From: Calcarisporiella thermophila CBS 279.70
Lineage: Eukaryota; Fungi; Calcarisporiellomycota
DNA length: 64,000 nt
Direction: 5' to 3'
NCBI RefSeq assembly: GCF_041956535.1
Contig: NW_027192214.1
Coordinates: 221,687-285,686 of the forward strand
Shown: positions 59,072 to 64,000 of the stretch, one piece after another
Layout of the letters: the number at the start of each line of letters is the position of its first letter
How positions within the stretch are numbered: position 1 is the first letter of the stretch
The notes under the pieces: model-generated
Told to the model about the DNA's origin: nothing
The model's input: the letters and a program-made list of their open reading frames with translations, nothing else
Database searches by the model: none
Made by a program: the position numbers and the translations under genes

Positions 59072-61414
59072 CTATTCCCACTCAATAGTTGCGGGCGGTT
59101 TTGAGCTAATAAAATGTTATAACATCGATTTAGTTCTTCATCATATAATTCATATTTGATTAATCTTACCTGACGTCGTAGACAACACGGTTTACTCCTT
59201 TAACTTCATTAATGATCCTTGAGCTTACACGTTTCAGGAACTTTGCATCAAACTCAAACCAGTCAGCAGTCATGAAATCAGTAGTCTCGACAGCCCTAAT
59301 CGCAATCACTTGTTCATAAGTACGCTTGTCACCCATTACACCCACTGCGCGTACGGGCAAAAGGGCAGCATAAGCTTTGAATTTCAAATCATTAGTAAAA
59401 ATCCGTAATAAAAATGTATGCTTTAATAGGGTACCTTGAGAAATCCTACGATAAATTCCAGCTTTCTTAATCTCCTCAATGTAGATGTGATCAGCTAGCC
59501 TAGCAATCTCAACCTGTTGTGGAGTAACTATATATCAATAGCGTCAATTAAGATCACCAGAGTATATCGTTATCCAATGAGAAATACCTTCACCAAGGAT
59601 GCGAATGGCAATTCCAGGACCGGGGAAAGGATGTCTCCAGACCAGATCATCAGGGAGACCTAAAATTTTACCTAATGCACGAACCTCATCTAAAAATATA
59701 ATAAATATAAGGATGTTCAACCAAACATATACTTGTTAAAGCTTACCTTTGAAGAGTTCCCTAAGAGGCTCGATTAACTTAAGCTTCATATCATCTAAAA
59801 GTCCTCCTACATTCTGTAACAAAGTTTAATTCATTAAATTCTTCAGATGCAAATCCTTTTTAAAAACTTACGTGATGAGTTTTAATAGTTGCACTGGGCC
59901 CCTTAAAGCTGATACTCTCGATAACATCGGGATACAATGTACCCTGTAAAAGATACTCAATGCGACCTCCCGTTTCACGATCAATCTTAGCTGCCTCGGC
60001 CTCAAATACTTCAATAAAAGTATTGCCGATTATTTTGCGTTTTTTCTCTGGATCAGTAACCTAAAATGCAATTCATTGTGTTTTAATTAAAATTTAGAAA
60101 ATAGCAACTACTTAATATAAATATTTACGCCTTTGAGTCGGCCAAGGAAGAGTTCACTAGCATCCACAACCTTAAGGTTGATACCCATATGATCCGCCAA
60201 CTGTTGCTTTACTGTTTGACATTCATTCAAACGCATCACCCCATTATCGACCAGGATAGCATGAAATCTACAGAAAAAGGATCAGCAGTTTGTCAAAATG
60301 GATGTTGGAGTATAAAGGTATTCTATGATCGATTGAAAAAATCCTCACCTTTCTCCAATTGCTTCTTTCATCAATTTGGCAGCAACACTGGAGTCAACTC
60401 CTCCACTTACAGCACCCACCACTTGGCCTGTTGGTCCTACAATTTTTCGGATGCGCTCAATTTCTTTGTCAATAAATGATTCCTAATTGTTATATGCGAA
60501 TAATCAATTAGAAGTAGAAGGAGCTATATTATGCTATTTAAAAATTACCATTGACCAATTAGTATTGCATTCACAGATAGTTATCACGAAATTGCGCAAA
60601 ATTTCCTTGCCATTGAGAGTATGAGTAACTTCCGGATGGAACTGAATACCTAGGGTTTATATTTAAAGAAAGTGTCAAAATATGCTAATTTGTAAATAAA
60701 AATATAAATTTACCGAAGAAATGCTTCTCCTCGTGAGCGACAGCGGCATAGGGTGCTGTACGCGTGTTGGCAATGACACGAAAGCCGGGAGCGATTTCAG
60801 AGACCTGATCGCCATGACTCATCCAAACTTGGATTTCTCCTTCGAGTCCGGCAAAGAGCTTGTCAATATAGGCATGTTCATTATGTTTAGTGATGTTAAG
60901 TAGGGCATGGCCATATTCTCGATGGTCGCATGCCTCCACTTTGCCTCCGAGATATGTTGTCATTTCCTATGCAATGTCATAGAAAGATTAGTGTAGGAAT
61001 GCAAAAAATATTAAGAAATTAAACGCACTTGCAAGCCATAGCAGATGCCAAGAACAGGAACGCCATACTCAAAGACTGCGGGATCGACACGGGGTGCGTC
61101 CTTGTCGTAGACAGAATACGGACTACCAGAGAGAATAATTCCTAAGAAGATAGCCGATTAAGTAAAAGCTACCATTTTTCGTTCAACGGAATGTTTCTCT
61201 TTCAAAATAAGATAAATGTCAAAATAAAAATGCAAATACCCTTAGGCTTAAAGCGAAGCTCGCTCATCTTCTGCGTGCATGGTAACAATTCGCAATAAAC
61301 ACCAAATTCACGAATGCGTCTAGTGATTAAATGAGAGTATTGCGATCCAAAGTCTAGAATGAGGACGGTGTCGAAAAGCTCGTGCACCTGAATAACTTGA
61401 TCTTGCTCAGTCAT
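59072..61414 (-). CDS. GUA1: GMP synthase (glutamine-hydrolysing)
   Basis: [66 protein letters not shown]; final exon [10 protein letters not shown]. Confidence 0.96.
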
Positions 61415-61996
61415 TTTCGCTTTTGTATTAAGTATAGATGTCAAAATGTTGAGTGCTAAGGATAATGTAAACAATCTCTTCGACCGGAGAGTAAATCATA
61501 CCAAAAAAGAGTCACAATGACATTTGCCAAAAATATAAAGTAGGCATTGATTAATAGATCATAATAATCGACTCATTATTATTAGTATACGCGTAATTAC
61601 ATCCCAATGATAAATAAATGCTGATATATATATCAACTAAGATGACTTAAAATAAGCTCACATTAATTAAGAATAGATCCGCCTAGGATTGACAAGTGTA
61701 CCCAGTATCTCATTACAACGAAGTTAGATAATGTGGAGTTTCAAAGAAATCAGGTGATAAAAAATGGATGCCGCAATGCAAGTGATATTGAAAACAGGCT
61801 CGCATTATGATTACTATCTTGTTTTAATCTAGAAAGATCAGGGTTAGCTCACAGAATATCATGAGATTTCTAGCGAACTCGTTGATTGCGCGCTTATTCG
61901 CAATTCCGGGACCCAATTGCTAAACCCACGTGCCCAATTAAATTTCTCAGCTGTTGTTTCCCCCATTCCTCTCCCATTACCATTAAACAAAGACAA

Positions 61997-62707
61997 ATGC
62001 ATGCCTATTTCTACGACGAAAACGGCCAGGATCAGCGATTACCTCACGAGCTACAGCCCAGTGTCTCGGTTTCTGCCGAGGAACTCGCCGATATTGGTGT
62101 TCTCTCTTGGCAGTTAAAGGGAGAAGATGCACTTGATCGTATTGAGGATGTTTGCCGTGAACGCAACTATAAGAATCGGGATGAGGTAGGATAAATCCGG
62201 AAAATATAAAGGTATAATGGCATTATTGACTTGGTATATTTACCTAGATAACAGTATCAAGAGAGGGCCTTGGCGAAGCATACGAGGCTAAGATAAAAAT
62301 GTTCTTTGAAGAGTAAAATCTCCCAATATTCTTTCTACATTCCAGTTATAGTCAATGCACAATATCTTTATAGGCACATTCATGAAGACGAGGAAATTAG
62401 ATTCATTCTTGATGGCACAGGATATTTCGACGTTCGCGATGCCCAAGATCGCTGGATTAGAATTGCAGTTGAAAAGGGCGATTTGCTTATTCTGGTTAGT
62501 GTTGAATATTCCTCCTTATTTTGCCATTTATCTTGACATTGACTTCAATAATAGCCTGCTGGTATATATCATCGTTTTACAGTTGACACGAATAATTATA
62601 TCAAGGCTATGCGCCTTTTCAAGGATGATCCTGTATGGACACCTATTAACCGGCCAGCTGACGCGAACCGGTTCCGCCAGGAATATCTGAGCTCTATCAA
62701 GGCATGA
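61997..62707 (+). CDS. ADI1: Acireductone dioxygenase (methionine salvage)
   Basis: DQRLPH, RNYKNRD, FFEE|[14 protein letters not shown]...[19 protein letters not shown]. Confidence 0.95.
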
Positions 62708-62955
62708 TAACTTAAAGTAGAGCTTAAATATTTTCCAAAGCGGTGTTTCGCTATTGTAGCATATTCATATAAAAAATTTAGTCGATGGTCATATTCTATG
62801 ATTCGCAATCATCTTTATGAAGCTATAGGTCTATATATATCATTTCGAAATAGTGGAAATAAATGAAATGAATGAGAAGGGAATTTGGCCGCGCTCAACG
62901 AAAGAATCCGCATCATCATAAAAGCCAAACGCTTGAGAGCACGTGTACTTATATT

Positions 62956-63705
62956 TCATTGCATTGATTCTCCTGTACGCGCACTCGTAGGAACTGGTGG
63001 TAGTAATGCAGCAGCAACCCTACGACCTTCTTCTGCAAGCATATTATATGTGGAAACGGCTTGCCACTAGCAATAGTGTGATAATTTAATAAAAAATATC
63101 GAAAAAATTGAAATTGCAATTGTCTACTCACAGTTGCCATCTGCTCTAACTGTATACCAAACGAAAACAAAGATTCCCGTAGTACAGGTGGAAGGGGAAC
63201 GAATGTTGCTCCTGTTCCAAATACCAACAATTCTATTCCATCACAGCTATTAGATTCGTATTGTAACTTGATTATCTATCATTTTACCAGGCTTTGGGAC
63301 GATGGTCTGGAATACAGAAAATGAATCGGGGGTCCATTTTTCAAAAACTCCTCCAACAGGAGAACTTCCTTTCTGCATCTGCACAATTCCTTGTCCTTGA
63401 GGAACATCCCATAGAAATGCCTCTTCGCCCATAATTAGGATAGGCCCGCGGAAATGCAGGCGGTTGGATAAATAGAAACCATCACGTCTTACTTGCTCGA
63501 TTCGAATTCGTCTTATTATATCATTTTCATCAAACATATTACGAAATGATGCTCCGGGAGGCGATTGAGCTGCCTCACTGAATATTTCTGGTACTTTAGT
63601 TTTAGGATTATTCTGCCTTACCGAGGAATTGAATGCATAGCGGGTGCTATATATCGGTAATGATCTACACAAAATTCTAGCAGATTTCAATGTTAGGTGC
63701 TCCAT
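62956..63705 (-). CDS. NDUFAF3: Mth938-domain protein, complex I assembly factor NDUFAF3-like
   Basis: Presequence-like N-terminus; VPKP|ELLVFGTG, GIQLEQMAT, STYNILAEEGRRVAAALLP. Confidence 0.85.
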
Positions 63706-64000
63706 TCCAAAATTTTAGAAGTCTTTTTCAAATTGGGCCTGTTATAGTCAAAATTGACGTCAACATATAAAAATAGGTTAGAGACTAATATTCTTTTATG
63801 TCAAGAGAATGTAAACGGTAAAATATAACAACAATAGAAAATGAAATCTAGAAAACTATAAAATTAATCTTTAAAAGGTCACTTTGTTTTAAACAAATCA
63901 AGATATTCTGCAACAAATGTGCGAAGTATGATAGCCCAGTTCGCAACCGTAGGAGGATCTATTGCAGTTGCATTATCCTAATTGATATATAAAGTTGATT

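Noticed and set aside
61886-61996. TTG-initiated upstream extensions of ADI1 (and of GUA1 at 61474)
   Set aside because: Conserved protein starts at the downstream ATG; the extensions have no targeting features and are likely ORF-caller artefacts.

Overview
Gene-dense eukaryotic genomic DNA with short GT-AG introns, most consistent with an early-diverging (non-Dikarya) fungus; this is inferred from gene content and intron style. It holds 21 spliced or single-exon protein-coding genes: HEATR5/Laa1 (runs off the left end), PMI40, an M3 oligopeptidase A, a cytochrome b561, SEC7, a PH/coiled-coil orphan, GCN2, DLD2, CWF19L1, HMG-CoA lyase, TOP3, an OSCA/CSC1 channel, a Gdown1/POLR2M-like gene, type III glutamine synthetase, TAF8, mitochondrial bL36, isocitrate lyase, an ALO1/GULO-type lactone oxidase, GUA1, ADI1 and NDUFAF3. 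The most striking item is a five-exon gene at 47567-48605 (minus), split across short ORFs in the ORF track. It splices into a 256-aa protein carrying both the N-terminal (LPDxG) and C-terminal hallmark motifs of Gdown1, the RNA polymerase II regulator usually described as metazoan-specific. Also notable: a bacterial/protist-type GSIII head-to-head with it, a plant/cyanobacterial-type oligopeptidase A with introns, a lactone oxidase ending in SKL, and an unexplained 3-kb intergenic block. No tRNA, rRNA, CRISPR array or intact transposon was recognised. Family assignments come from motifs recognised by eye and recalled reference sequences; no searches were run.
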